Source: Bacilli bacterium (lineage in GTDB: Bacteria > Bacillota_I > Bacilli_A > RFN20 > CAG-826). From it: DNA of 64,000 nt. Every line of letters begins with the position of its first letter. Within the stretch, counting starts at the first letter, position 1. Position numbers and translations under genes: made by a program. A model generated the notes under the pieces. That model saw only the letters and a program-made list of their open reading frames with translations. It did no database searches and was not told the DNA's origin. The stretch lies in assembly GCA_022482735.1 (NCBI GenBank), contig JAKVOO010000001.1:1295131-1359130 (forward strand), read 5' to 3'. Positions 39,183 through 49,431 of this stretch are shown here, piece by piece.

Positions 39183-40583
39183 ATGAAAGGGATATTAAAA
39201 GTAAGAAGCAGTTGCTTTAGTGTGATATTATTACTGTTATCAATGCTAGCAAATAATAATAGTGAAGTGAATGAATATAACATTAAAAACTATTTGGATA
39301 GTGATTGTACTTCTGTGGCAAATTATATTGAGAAAAATTTTGGCTTGTTTGTAGAGAAGTATAACGAATCTTCAGAAGAAGAATTGACGGCTAGTTATGT
39401 GGAAAACTCATTTGAAATAATGATTCTCGACCATGAAGGTGAAAAAAAAGGATATTTTTTAGATTTTGATTATGATAATGGATATGCGTTAGTTGGGGAT
39501 GAATATGTTTTTTATGATTTTGCTATAAATGGTGAATCACCTTATAAAGAAATTGATAGTGAATCATATTGTTACTGTACAGTCAATGGATATTTGTATT
39601 TAAAAGATGGCGAATATGTAAATGTTGATGAAAGTAAAAACCTATCTGATGACTATCTCGATACTTTATCTTTCAGTTCAGCATATAACGGCCAAACAGA
39701 AGCTGGTTGTGGCCATATTACTGACACTGATTTATATGTTGAGGATAAATATGGTGCTGGGTGGTCAAATTCTACAACTAAGTCAGTTAAAATGGCAACA
39801 GGGACATACACGACACAAATGAGTTTGTCGTGTTATCATGATTATTCATATTTAGGAGATACATTATATTATTCAAGTGAAGGTAATTGTTGGTTTGTAT
39901 CTGCCTACAATCTATTACAGTCTTTGGCAGATGCCACAGGAACATATAAAGATAAAATCGATACATATAAAACGGTTTCATCTAAAACATCAATGCCTAG
40001 TATAAATAATATAATAAGTTATGACGTTAAAAAAGAAGAATATGATTTATATAAAAAATATTATGATGATAACGAAAATAATGTTTCTGGACAAGTTACG
40101 TCTTCTTCTGGCAAAACTCATTATAAAACTGTATTGGCAAATACAAGATTCCCTGAATTATATACAGAGGTAAGAAAATATGTTGTTACAAAATATGGTA
40201 AAGTAGACGATGGTAGTGTTTATAATACAGCAAATATTATTGATTCAATAGGAAAACAATATGGCTATAATTTTAAAACTAAGGGAACCGTTGCTGCGGG
40301 AATATATGGAAGCAGTGGTATAACAGCAATAAATAATGAGTTGCCATTTGTTCTTTGTGTTTCAAAAGCCTCAAATGCGGGATATGGAAATCATCTTATG
40401 GCTGGATGTGGTTATAAGACATACTCTAAAACAAGCGGATGGTGGATTTTTCAAACAACATCATATAAATATTTTTATGAATTAAGAGACGGACATAGTG
40501 CTTCTAAAATATATTTTGATTTAACTGCTTGGACAGGCTTTGGTGGTATTGTAATGTTAGACTATAGTATATTTAATTATTAA
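39183..40583 (+). CDS. Secreted papain-fold cysteine protease-like protein (C39-like/C10-like) with probable propeptide
   Basis: Signal peptide; EGNCWFVSAYNLL (Cys), LPFVL..GYGNHLMAGCGY (His), ELRDGH (Asp); AT-rich. Confidence 0.6.
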   Translation: MKGILKVRSSCFSVILLLLSMLANNNSEVNEYNIKNYLDSDCTSVANYIEKNFGLFVEKYNESSEEELTASYVENSFEIMILDHEGEKKGYFLDFDYDNGYALVGDEYVFYDFAINGESPYKEIDSESYCYCTVNGYLYLKDGEYVNVDESKNLSDDYLDTLSFSSAYNGQTEAGCGHITDTDLYVEDKYGAGWSNSTTKSVKMATGTYTTQMSLSCYHDYSYLGDTLYYSSEGNCWFVSAYNLLQSLADATGTYKDKIDTYKTVSSKTSMPSINNIISYDVKKEEYDLYKKYYDDNENNVSGQVTSSSGKTHYKTVLANTRFPELYTEVRKYVVTKYGKVDDGSVYNTANIIDSIGKQYGYNFKTKGTVAAGIYGSSGITAINNELPFVLCVSKASNAGYGNHLMAGCGYKTYSKTSGWWIFQTTSYKYFYELRDGHSASKIYFDLTAWTGFGGIVMLDYSIFNY

Positions 40584-40596
40584 TTAGGTAGATAAT

Positions 40597-41061
40597 ATGA
40601 AAAAAATACCAGTTCTACTAATTTTGATTTTTATGTTAACGGGGTGCAGTACAAATTCTGCAGAGGATTTTGCTATTCAAATTAATGCCCAATATACTTA
40701 TTCTTGGAATGATAATGAAATAACCAATGAGTTGTATATTGAAAAAGATGATGAAAGGTTTGTTTGGATTTGCGATGGAATAGAAAACAAAAATGATTCA
40801 TTTTACTTTATATTCTCATATGATGATATATATTTGGAAAATTCGGATGAATTCAAATATTCGACTTCTGAGAATGTTGATGTAAAATTTAAAATAATTG
40901 ACGATCAAAGTATAGAAAAGTATGAGTTTTATGGCTCTATTACAATATATATTTCATATGCGAGCGCATCAAAAGAAACAAAAGATATAATCAATAATAA
41001 TAGTTATGATATTGAAATAGACAATGTTAAATGGTTTGCTAACCCGGAATTATTTTGTTAA
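40597..41061 (+). CDS. Acidic lipoprotein, unknown function
   Basis: MKK..LTGC lipobox; 13 nt after the protease gene. Confidence 0.75.
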   Translation: MKKIPVLLILIFMLTGCSTNSAEDFAIQINAQYTYSWNDNEITNELYIEKDDERFVWICDGIENKNDSFYFIFSYDDIYLENSDEFKYSTSENVDVKFKIIDDQSIEKYEFYGSITIYISYASASKETKDIINNNSYDIEIDNVKWFANPELFC

Positions 41062-41143
41062 AGTTTTTTCTAAAACATATAAGTTATTGCATATATCAAA
41101 GAGATGACTTAGGCTACGTTAAAATAGTAGACATTTAATTATT

Positions 41144-41179
41144 GACGTCTTGGATTTAATCGTCTGAGATGTCTTTTTT
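41144..41179 (+). terminator. Terminator after protease-lipoprotein pair
   Basis: gacgtcttgga..tctgagatgtc (G-U rich) + T6. Confidence 0.6.
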
Positions 41180-41264
41180 GCCTTTTTAAATTCATTGTTT
41201 ATCATATATTCGGTCTTTTACTTAAAGAATATATTTCGATATAAAACTTGTGTCTATTAGATAA

Positions 41265-41510
41265 TCAACTCATTCCTGAATTACCAGGCCTTCCATTAAC
41301 GATTTTAAGGTCATCCAGGAAACATATAATTGTTTTTTTCTTATACTTGCTAATATTTTAAACCATATTTCTTTGAATTGTGGCACATAGATTATTGATT
41401 TGACCTAGGGCTTCGTTAATTTCTTTAGTCTTGAACTTATGAATCTCCTCTTTAAGACCTCTTTCATTAATAAACCGAGATTGGCCAGTGCCATATACAC
41501 AAGACAAAGC
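41265..41510 (-). pseudogene. Possible degraded coding remnant, family not recognised
   Basis: Minus frame reads VYGTGQSRFINERGLKEEIHKFKTKEINEALGQINN with an internal stop at 41358-41360. Confidence 0.25.
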
Positions 41511-41662
41511 CTATTGAGAATGGACAATAAATTATATCAATTTTTAGAAAAGTCATCTTTAAGTTTATAATTGCTCTTTAACCGCTTGGAATAAATTAAT
41601 ATTGAATTTCCATAATTATCAATAATTTATGTATAAATTAAAAACGAAAATCTATTATTTTT

Positions 41663-42634
41663 TTAGTTTTCAAAAACAATTGAAGTTGGAAAAACTTTAT
41701 TGATATTTATCTGCTCGTTTTTCGACTTATTCGCATAGGCAATAATCTCGTCAACCGTAAATTCGATAATCTCTTCGTAATCAGCGGAGACACTATTGAT
41801 CTTTTCGATGATTTGATAGTACTTATTTAAATTATCATAGCCAAAAATCATAATTTTTTCGTGATAATTAATTGTTTTTAAAGCTCGCTTAAGGATTATG
41901 GCAAGATAATCACTAAAGCAGAATACGAAGTCGTACTTATTAAGTTTTATCGTGGCCAATGAACTCTTGATGATTTCATCATCGCTTACACCAGAAAAAG
42001 GAATAATATTTACATTTTTCTGATGATGGGCAAGTACGTCGCTAAAACCACTATACCGGCGATAACTGGTTTCACTAAAGGAATTGGTTAGAAAAAGGCC
42101 TTTTTTGTAATTGCTTTTCACAAAGTACTCTCCAACTTGTTTCCCTCCTTCATAGTCATCGGTATAGATAGAATTAATTTGTGGACTAGGGCTGTTGATT
42201 CCCACAAGAAAGAAAGGTAAATTTCGTTTCATGGTAAAGTCGGCTACTTCGTCTGTTGGTTCCACGAATGAAAGAATCGAAATGCATTTATTGTTTAGTA
42301 TTTCATAAATATCATCTAAAGCAACTAAATGCTTATTGGTAAAAAAGAAATTCGCCTGATATCCTTTGGCATTAATTTTTTTAATAGCAATATCACAGAG
42401 TGCAGCAAAGTACGGATTACGAAAATCATTGATAACAACCGCGATTGTTTTCGTAGTTCCACGTTTTAAAGACAATGCTAATCTATTGGGAACATACCCC
42501 ATTTCGGCAGCTAATTTTTTAACCGCTTCTTTGGTTGGTTCACTAATATCTTCGGCATCATTCAGTGCTTTTGATACTGCCGTGACGGATAATCCGAGTT
42601 GGCGGGCTAAATCTTTTAATGAAACATTTGTCAT
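41663..42634 (-). CDS. LacI-family transcriptional regulator
   Basis: SLKDLARQLGLSVTAVSKALND, GYVPN, NPYF, GYDN; divergent from glycan operon. Confidence 0.93.
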   Translation of the reverse strand: MTNVSLKDLARQLGLSVTAVSKALNDAEDISEPTKEAVKKLAAEMGYVPNRLALSLKRGTTKTIAVVINDFRNPYFAALCDIAIKKINAKGYQANFFFTNKHLVALDDIYEILNNKCISILSFVEPTDEVADFTMKRNLPFFLVGINSPSPQINSIYTDDYEGGKQVGEYFVKSNYKKGLFLTNSFSETSYRRYSGFSDVLAHHQKNVNIIPFSGVSDDEIIKSSLATIKLNKYDFVFCFSDYLAIILKRALKTINYHEKIMIFGYDNLNKYYQIIEKINSVSADYEEIIEFTVDEIIAYANKSKNEQININKVFPTSIVFEN

Positions 42635-42704
42635 ATTGCCTTTATTTTAGCAAATAAATTTTAAATAGATATAATTTCTTCAAAAGATTAGAAAAAGTTG
42701 CAAA

Positions 42705-42740
42705 AAAGCGCTTTACTTTAACGTTAAAGCGGTTTATTCT
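42705..42740 (+). promoter_or_regulatory. Operon promoter with LacI-type operator(s)
   Basis: TTTACT-N17-TATTCT; perfect palindrome CTTTAACGTTAAAG (42716-42729) flanked by AAAGCGCTTT and TAAAGCGGTTTA. Confidence 0.7.
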
Positions 42741-42761
42741 AAAAATGTAAAAGGACAGACC

Positions 42762-43688
42762 ATGAAAACAAGAAAGCACGCTATTTTGGGAATACTATTG
42801 CTATTGGTGACCGCTTGTAGCAATAATTCACCCGCGACAACCAGCACGGAAAGCAGTGAATCTATGGGTAATAATTTGAATAAGGTACAAGTCGTAGTTT
42901 TAGCCGGACAATCCAATATGGAGGGGCAATCGTGGATTCGCTTTTTATCAAAGCATTTTGCGGAAGATGTTGTTCAACAATACATTAATGGCTTTGATGG
43001 AGTATTAATAAACTATGATAGCAATCGTCATAGTAACCATTCCGGGGGAGAATTCGTTAAAACCAAAGTTGGTCAAGGAACGACAAGCGAACAATTTGGG
43101 CCGGAAGTTGGACTTGCTGAACAATTGAGCGGTCTAACCCTCGATGATGGGCCGGTTTATCTCGTAAAGTATGCCGTAGGTGCGACATCGCTATATAATA
43201 ACTGGGCTTCGCCTAGTTCTGGAAGAACGGGCGATTGTTACGCCGGTTTAGTGAGTCATGTCAATGCCAGTATAGCCAAACTTGAAAATTTAGATTTGTA
43301 TCCGGAGATTAAGGCGATTTGTTTTATGCAGGGTGAGGATGATTCTAATAGTTCGCAAGCGGAAAACTATGGCGCCAATCTTCGTCATTTTATTAGTGAT
43401 TTACGATCGGAATTTGGCTATTATGCTTCTAGCAAGGGAATTGGATTTATTGATGCCGGTATTAGTAATTCGTCAGCGTGGGCTCAATATCAAACAATTA
43501 ATGCCCAAAAGCAAGAAGTAGCTAATGAAGACGAGAATAACGTCTATGTCGATACCATCGCCAACAAACTTGAATTTATGAATGAACCGACAATTGGTGG
43601 CGATATCTATCATTTCGATAGTGCAAGTGAAATAAAATTGGGGCACCTATTTGCTAGCGCATTACTAGATAGCGACTTTGTTCGATAA
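42762..43688 (+). CDS. Lipoprotein SGNH carbohydrate O-acetylesterase (SASA/CE6-like)
   Basis: VTAC lipobox, S/T linker, LAGQSNM, FGPEVG, MQGEDD, DIYHF. Confidence 0.87.
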   Translation: MKTRKHAILGILLLLVTACSNNSPATTSTESSESMGNNLNKVQVVVLAGQSNMEGQSWIRFLSKHFAEDVVQQYINGFDGVLINYDSNRHSNHSGGEFVKTKVGQGTTSEQFGPEVGLAEQLSGLTLDDGPVYLVKYAVGATSLYNNWASPSSGRTGDCYAGLVSHVNASIAKLENLDLYPEIKAICFMQGEDDSNSSQAENYGANLRHFISDLRSEFGYYASSKGIGFIDAGISNSSAWAQYQTINAQKQEVANEDENNVYVDTIANKLEFMNEPTIGGDIYHFDSASEIKLGHLFASALLDSDFVR

Positions 43689-43706
43689 CAAAAATAAGGA
43701 GCCATT

Positions 43707-44879
43707 ATGAAATCTTTAAGTAAAATTCTCAGCACACTTTTACTAACTAATTTGCTTATCGGTTGTTCGACACCAGCAGGCAGTTCGTCTTCAAGCAGCG
43801 AACCATCAAGCGACAGTGAAGTAGTCAGCACAAATAATTTCTATGAGAACCCAATTTATCCTCTTTATAATGGTCAAAAAAAAGAGACATACTTAGCCGA
43901 CCCGTACGTAATTCGAGATGAAGATACACTTAAGTATTATATGTATACAACGCAGTCCGATGTTTTCATCGACGGAACCATAGGATCGGTTTTTAAGCGC
44001 GGCCCAATTTATGAAAGCATCGATTTAGTTAATTGGACTTATAAAGCGGATTCTTTTGTTAACTACACGCCGAATTGGGGAACAAGTGGCGCTGGAGTTT
44101 GGGCACCAACCGTGGTAAAAATTGGAGATTACTACAACCTATATTATAGTTTATCAACTGGTGGCGATGATAATCCCGGAATTGGTGTTGCTCGCAGTGA
44201 AACCCCATATGGGCCCTTTACCCATTATGGAAAGTTGTTTAATAGCGAGGAAATCGGTGTTACCAACTCCATTGACCCCCATGTATTAGTTGATAACGGT
44301 AAAGTCTATATGGTGTTTGGCAGCTATGGGGGTCTTATCTCACTTATAGAATTAACAAGCGATGGATTAGGTCTTCAAAATGGTGTTGAATATCAAAAAG
44401 AAAATAAAATTGCTCTTGCCGGGTATGAATTATATGAAATGAATAATTATGAAGCTTCATTAATTCTTCAATATAACGGCTATTACTATTTATTTCTTTC
44501 AACTGGAACCTGCTGTAGCGGAGTCAATTCTACCTATAACGTTGTTATCGCAAAAAGCGATAAAATAACCGGCCCATATTTAGATTCGCAAGGAAGAAAC
44601 ATGTTTGGACCTAAAAGAGGAGATACCGTTGTAGCTCCTTCCATTCAAGGCGCAATGGGCGTGGGGCATAATGGAATCGCGATGGATGATGCCGGAGACT
44701 TTTGGATGATATACCATGGATATGATACGCAAGGGGCAAAACCTGACTGGCGGGTTACCTATCTTGATAAGTTATATATTGATCCTGCAACCGAAATGTT
44801 TTATGTCAAAAATCGGCGAGCGAGCAACGGAGAATTACTCCCCGGACCATTTATCAATCAACTTGAAGGAGTAAGTTAG
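43707..44879 (+). CDS. Lipoprotein GH43 glycoside hydrolase
   Basis: LIGC lipobox; LADP, VWAP, NSIDP, YEA, TGTCC, GHN. Confidence 0.9.
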   Translation: MKSLSKILSTLLLTNLLIGCSTPAGSSSSSSEPSSDSEVVSTNNFYENPIYPLYNGQKKETYLADPYVIRDEDTLKYYMYTTQSDVFIDGTIGSVFKRGPIYESIDLVNWTYKADSFVNYTPNWGTSGAGVWAPTVVKIGDYYNLYYSLSTGGDDNPGIGVARSETPYGPFTHYGKLFNSEEIGVTNSIDPHVLVDNGKVYMVFGSYGGLISLIELTSDGLGLQNGVEYQKENKIALAGYELYEMNNYEASLILQYNGYYYLFLSTGTCCSGVNSTYNVVIAKSDKITGPYLDSQGRNMFGPKRGDTVVAPSIQGAMGVGHNGIAMDDAGDFWMIYHGYDTQGAKPDWRVTYLDKLYIDPATEMFYVKNRRASNGELLPGPFINQLEGVS

Positions 44880-44881
44880 GT

Positions 44882-46079
44882 ATGAGAAAAAATGCTCTTT
44901 TACCTTGGACTCTACTAAGTGTTCTAGTTCTAACCAGTTGCGGGCTTACGTCGTCTTCTCAAAGCGAGTCTCAAAGCGACTCAAAATCGACTTCCGTCAC
45001 CAGCGATGTCTCAACTAGCATCGATGAAAACACTTATAGTCGAACCCTCTATCAAAATCCATTAAAAACTGTTGATGAAAATGGGAACGAGTACTTTGTT
45101 GCAATTGCCGATCCGGATGTCATCTACGGCGAAGATGGGCTATTGGTATTTATATCCAACTAATACGCCCGTTCGCGATAACGAAGGCAATCAATTCTTT
45201 GACTTAGGACCAATATTTCAATCTAAGGATTTGATTACTTGGAAATGGGTTGGAAGTGTATTTCGGGATTATCCAGAAGCAATAAATTGGGGAAGCCCGG
45301 GAGCGGGAGTTTGGGCCCCAAGTGTTATCAAAGTTAATAATACATACAATTACTATTATTCATTGTCGACGTGGGGAGATGATAATCCTGGAATTGGTGT
45401 TGCGACTTCCTCAACTCCTTATGGACCTTGGACACATCACGGCCGGGTCTTAGATAGTGTGAGTTCGGGGGTTAAAAACTCAATTGATCCACAGGCAATA
45501 TACGATGGAAACGAATTATATTTACTTTGGGGCAGTTTTTTCGGAATAGCGGCAATTCGCTTAACCGATGATGGAGTTGAACCATTCTATGGCGCGGACT
45601 ACAAGAACAATATCCATTGGCTTATCGAAGATAATACAACCGGATCAATGAATATCAATATCAACTATGAAGGTAGTTATGTCTTTAAATACAATGGCCA
45701 GTATTACTATACCGGTTCACAGGGTTCCTGCTGTAGTGGATCGAGTAGCACCTATCGGGTGAAAGTAGGCGTCAGCAACTCATTATTTGGCCCCTATAAG
45801 GCGAGCAGTGGCGAAGAATTAAGCCAAGAACCTTATGGCGACTTAGTAATTGGCCCTAGTGATGATGTGGCCGGGACTGGTCACCATACCATCATTCAAG
45901 ATTTCGCTAGTCAATATTGGATTATCTATCATGGTTTTGATGTTAATGGACTAAATCCAAACGAAAGAATTCTTTTTATTGATCCACTTAAGTTTGATGA
46001 AGACACAGGGATGCCTTATGTCGAAAACTACGTGGCATCATATAAGACGAATAAATTAGGCCCAGTATTTTTAAAATAA
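44882..46079 (+). CDS. Lipoprotein GH43 glycoside hydrolase, paralog (split by +1 in GGG at ~45137-45139)
   Basis: LTSC lipobox and IADP in first ORF; VWAP, NSIDP, YEG, GSCC, GTGH in second; 398 aa when joined. Confidence 0.88.
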
Positions 46080-46091
46080 ATGGAGGATTTT

Positions 46092-47591
46092 ATGAAAAAA
46101 TCAAAGAAACTATTTACCGCTTTTTCCCTTATCACGCTTGCGCTTACCAGTTGTGGCAATGGCAGCAATTCAAATTCAAGCCTTCCTTCTTCGCTTGATG
46201 ATGGCGATATTGTACGCGATGAACAGGGAAACATAGTTTATAACAACGTTGATCTAACAATGTGGTCGGTAACTACAGGCGATGATGCTAAGACACAGGA
46301 TGATATTATTGCAGGTTTCAATGATATGTATTCGGGAATGATTAGTGTGGAAACCAGACATATTTCTCGCTATGACTTAGAAACGTTATTGCAATCAACA
46401 ATGGAATTTGACCGTAGCAATGCTCCCGACATTCTTTTCACCCATGGAGCCCGTGCGGCCGAATATGAAGATCGCGGATGGCTTCAACCGCTTAATCCTT
46501 ATTATGAAAAGGCCAATCTCGTATTGGATTTCGATGATTTTTCGACCTCGCTAATTGATGCCACAACCGTGGATAACTATGTTTATGGATTACCAATTGA
46601 TGTTCACTCGGCTATTTTAGAAATTCGGAGCGACATTTTGGAAAAGAATAATCTTCCCATCCCAACCAATTTTTCGGAGTTGATAAGCGTATCGCTTTCG
46701 GCAATAGAATTAGCTAGCCAAGGCAATCTTTGGATTCGGGGTGAAAATCCCAATAATATCCCAGCGGAAACATGGCGTAAGGCCAGTAGTCAAAGCCAGT
46801 ATTATCCCTTTCCATTCTCCTATGGCGATATGTGGGTTCATGAGTTTCTAGGTTATACGGTAGCGGCCCAAAATGGCGGTAAAATTGTCGATGAAAATGG
46901 CCTTCCCGCTTGGGATGATGAAGGAACAATTACTGGCCTTACAATGCTAAAGAATCTTCTTTTCCCTTCAGAAACCGGCGCAAATAACTATGCCTTATCA
47001 AAGGCTTATGGCAGCGACTATGATGTCGGTGATGCTCCATTTAGAAATGGAGAAGCAATATTCAAACTCAATGGTCCGTGGGTATATGAAAATGATATGA
47101 CGACATTTGACCGCGATTTAAAAAATGATGGTGGATCAGTAAACATCACGACAAGAAATCTTGGAAATCTCTTCGCGATTGATCCAAATAATGATAATGC
47201 TGGCCTTATTAAAGGCGAAGGGCATGCAATTATGCTACTCGAACAAGTAAGCAGCATGACCAAGAAAACAGCTGCGATGGTCTTTGCTGATTATATGGCC
47301 AATTACTCAGGAATTGAATGGGCTAAACGTGGACACATCCCCGCATTACAATCGGTTGCCACCAGCAGTGAATATACCGCGGATCCCGCCTATGAACAAT
47401 ATATCAAATATTGGGGCACTAGCACTGACTACATCGTTGTTCCCGCAACCAAAAATTACTCCTACATCGATTCCTATTTTAAACAGGGTTTACAACAGGT
47501 TCTCTCCTCGCAATTTGTCGATACGAGCGTTGATTCAATTATTGATTCCATGTATCAAGATTGCGTCGATTACATTCAACTATATTCATAA
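46092..47591 (+). CDS. Carbohydrate ABC transporter solute-binding lipoprotein
   Basis: LTSC lipobox; APDI, YGLPIDVH, FRNGEAIFKLNGPW, GHIPA. Confidence 0.9.
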   Translation: MKKSKKLFTAFSLITLALTSCGNGSNSNSSLPSSLDDGDIVRDEQGNIVYNNVDLTMWSVTTGDDAKTQDDIIAGFNDMYSGMISVETRHISRYDLETLLQSTMEFDRSNAPDILFTHGARAAEYEDRGWLQPLNPYYEKANLVLDFDDFSTSLIDATTVDNYVYGLPIDVHSAILEIRSDILEKNNLPIPTNFSELISVSLSAIELASQGNLWIRGENPNNIPAETWRKASSQSQYYPFPFSYGDMWVHEFLGYTVAAQNGGKIVDENGLPAWDDEGTITGLTMLKNLLFPSETGANNYALSKAYGSDYDVGDAPFRNGEAIFKLNGPWVYENDMTTFDRDLKNDGGSVNITTRNLGNLFAIDPNNDNAGLIKGEGHAIMLLEQVSSMTKKTAAMVFADYMANYSGIEWAKRGHIPALQSVATSSEYTADPAYEQYIKYWGTSTDYIVVPATKNYSYIDSYFKQGLQQVLSSQFVDTSVDSIIDSMYQDCVDYIQLYS

Positions 47592-47605
47592 GTAAAGGTT
47601 TCAAA

Positions 47606-48575
47606 ATGAAAAGAAATGCAAGTATGATGTCGATTGCTCACGAAAGAAGAAAACAAACAATTAAGAAAGGCCTTGGCATAAGTGTTTTCCTCGGTCCCTA
47701 TCTTATTAGTTTCATAATGTTTTTCCTTTTTCCCCTTCATCTTTGGCATCATTATTTCTCTTTCTAAATTTGATGGAACCTCGTTTATGCCATCGGGATT
47801 TAATGGTCTTAATAACTTCATTATGATTTTTACTAACCGAGTTTTGGTAAAAGATTTTTGGGGGAGCGTATGGACAACGATAAAATTTGCCCTCATTATC
47901 GTTCCTTTGAGTATCTTGATTCCTTTTGGTCTAGCAATGCTGATAAAAGTTCATCCTCCCGGCTATAAGTTTTTCCGGGCGGCTATCTATGTGCCGGGAA
48001 TATTTCCGTTAACAGCAACCGGGCTTATCCTGCTAAAAATGTTCAGTTTTCAAAATGGTTTTATCAACAATTTCTTTAACATTTCGGTCGATTGGTTTGG
48101 AGAAACTAATCTTGCTTGGTTTATGGTTGGATTATTCTGCATTTGGGGAGGTATCGGAGGAAACTTCATTATCCTTAATGCTGGATTAGAAAACATTGAC
48201 AATTCACTATATGAAGCCAGTCAAGTAGATGGAAGCAATAAGTGGCAGCAATTTCGTTACATTACGCTTCCGGGGGTCCGCTATCAATTATTATTGACTC
48301 TATTTACGACCTTTATCGGTTACATGAATCTATATGGCCAGCTCTTTATTTTAGCAAGCAATACTCCCGATCAAAATGCTATGAAAAGTGCGATTTATCG
48401 CATCCAGGATTTACTAATGGGCAGTAGTCGTTCATTTGGTTACGCCTCAGCAATGGGCATCTGTTTAGGAGCGATTATTGGTTTTATTGCTGTCTTACAA
48501 ATGATAATGACTAAAGATCGGAAAGGAGGCAATAAGCATGTTAAAGCGTACTTGGATTGGCAGAAACAAAAGTAA
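47606..48575 (+). CDS. Carbohydrate ABC permease 1 (split by +1 in C4 at 47732-47735)
   Basis: FLGPYLISF in first frame; FNGLNNF, LYEASQVDG (EAA loop), ITLP, GYASA. Confidence 0.88.
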
Positions 48576-49431
48576 AATTATTGCCTTCGTTATCCTTCTT
48601 CTTGTCAGTGTTATAGCCCTTTTACCAATTTTATGGGGCGTGGTTGGAAGCTTTAGGCACTATAGTGATTTCAATCTTTACCCGGAGAAGTTTTTCCCTT
48701 CAAATTGGAGTGCATTCACTTTAGATGGATATAAGGAATTGTTCTCCAAAACGGAGTATATCCCTTCTAATGCCAATGAGTGGTTTCCCATTTGGAATTG
48801 GATCTTGAACTCGTTTGTAGTTAGTATTGGGGGCACGCTCATCTACTTAGTTATTGCCTCGTTTGCCGCTTATGCATTTGTTTTCTTAGATTTCAAATAT
48901 AGCAATCGTCTTTTCCATATTCTTCTTTTATCAATGACGATTCCTGGCATCGTGACGATGACCCCGCAACTGATAAACATGAATTTACTTGGAGCATATA
49001 AATCGCTTTTAGGTCTAATTATTCCTTCATTTGGTGGTATTTATGGGGTTTTCCTCATCCGCCAGTTCTTCCTTGGAATTCCTAAAGATCTTGTGGAAAA
49101 TGCCAAAATGGACGGCGCCAGTAATTTTCAAATATATCGAAAAGTTGTCCTGCCTTTAGGAAAGAGTGTCATGTATGTTCAAGGTTTATTTGGTTTTATG
49201 AGTGCGTGGAACGATGTGCAATGGGCTCAACTTATTATCGGCAATGCTCCCCGCTCAACTTGGACTTTAGCCTACGGACTTAAAGTGATTAGTGATAACA
49301 GTGAAAGTTACCAGGCGATTACGTTAGCGCTAGCTAGTGCGGTCATCGCAATGATACCGATCTTCATTGTTTATTTAATTGCCCAGTCAAAAATAATCGA
49401 AGGCGTCGCTTTTACCGGCGTAAAGAGGTGA
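48538..49431 (+). CDS. Carbohydrate ABC permease 2
   Basis: LNSFVVS, AAYAF, RQFFLGIPKDLVENAKMDGA, WND, IIEGVAFTGVK. Confidence 0.92.
   Translation: MLKRTWIGRNKSKIIAFVILLLVSVIALLPILWGVVGSFRHYSDFNLYPEKFFPSNWSAFTLDGYKELFSKTEYIPSNANEWFPIWNWILNSFVVSIGGTLIYLVIASFAAYAFVFLDFKYSNRLFHILLLSMTIPGIVTMTPQLINMNLLGAYKSLLGLIIPSFGGIYGVFLIRQFFLGIPKDLVENAKMDGASNFQIYRKVVLPLGKSVMYVQGLFGFMSAWNDVQWAQLIIGNAPRSTWTLAYGLKVISDNSESYQAITLALASAVIAMIPIFIVYLIAQSKIIEGVAFTGVKR

Noticed and set aside
38444-41662. Integrative element bounded by tRNA att duplications
   Set aside because: No duplicated tRNA 3' end and no integrase seen in the window.
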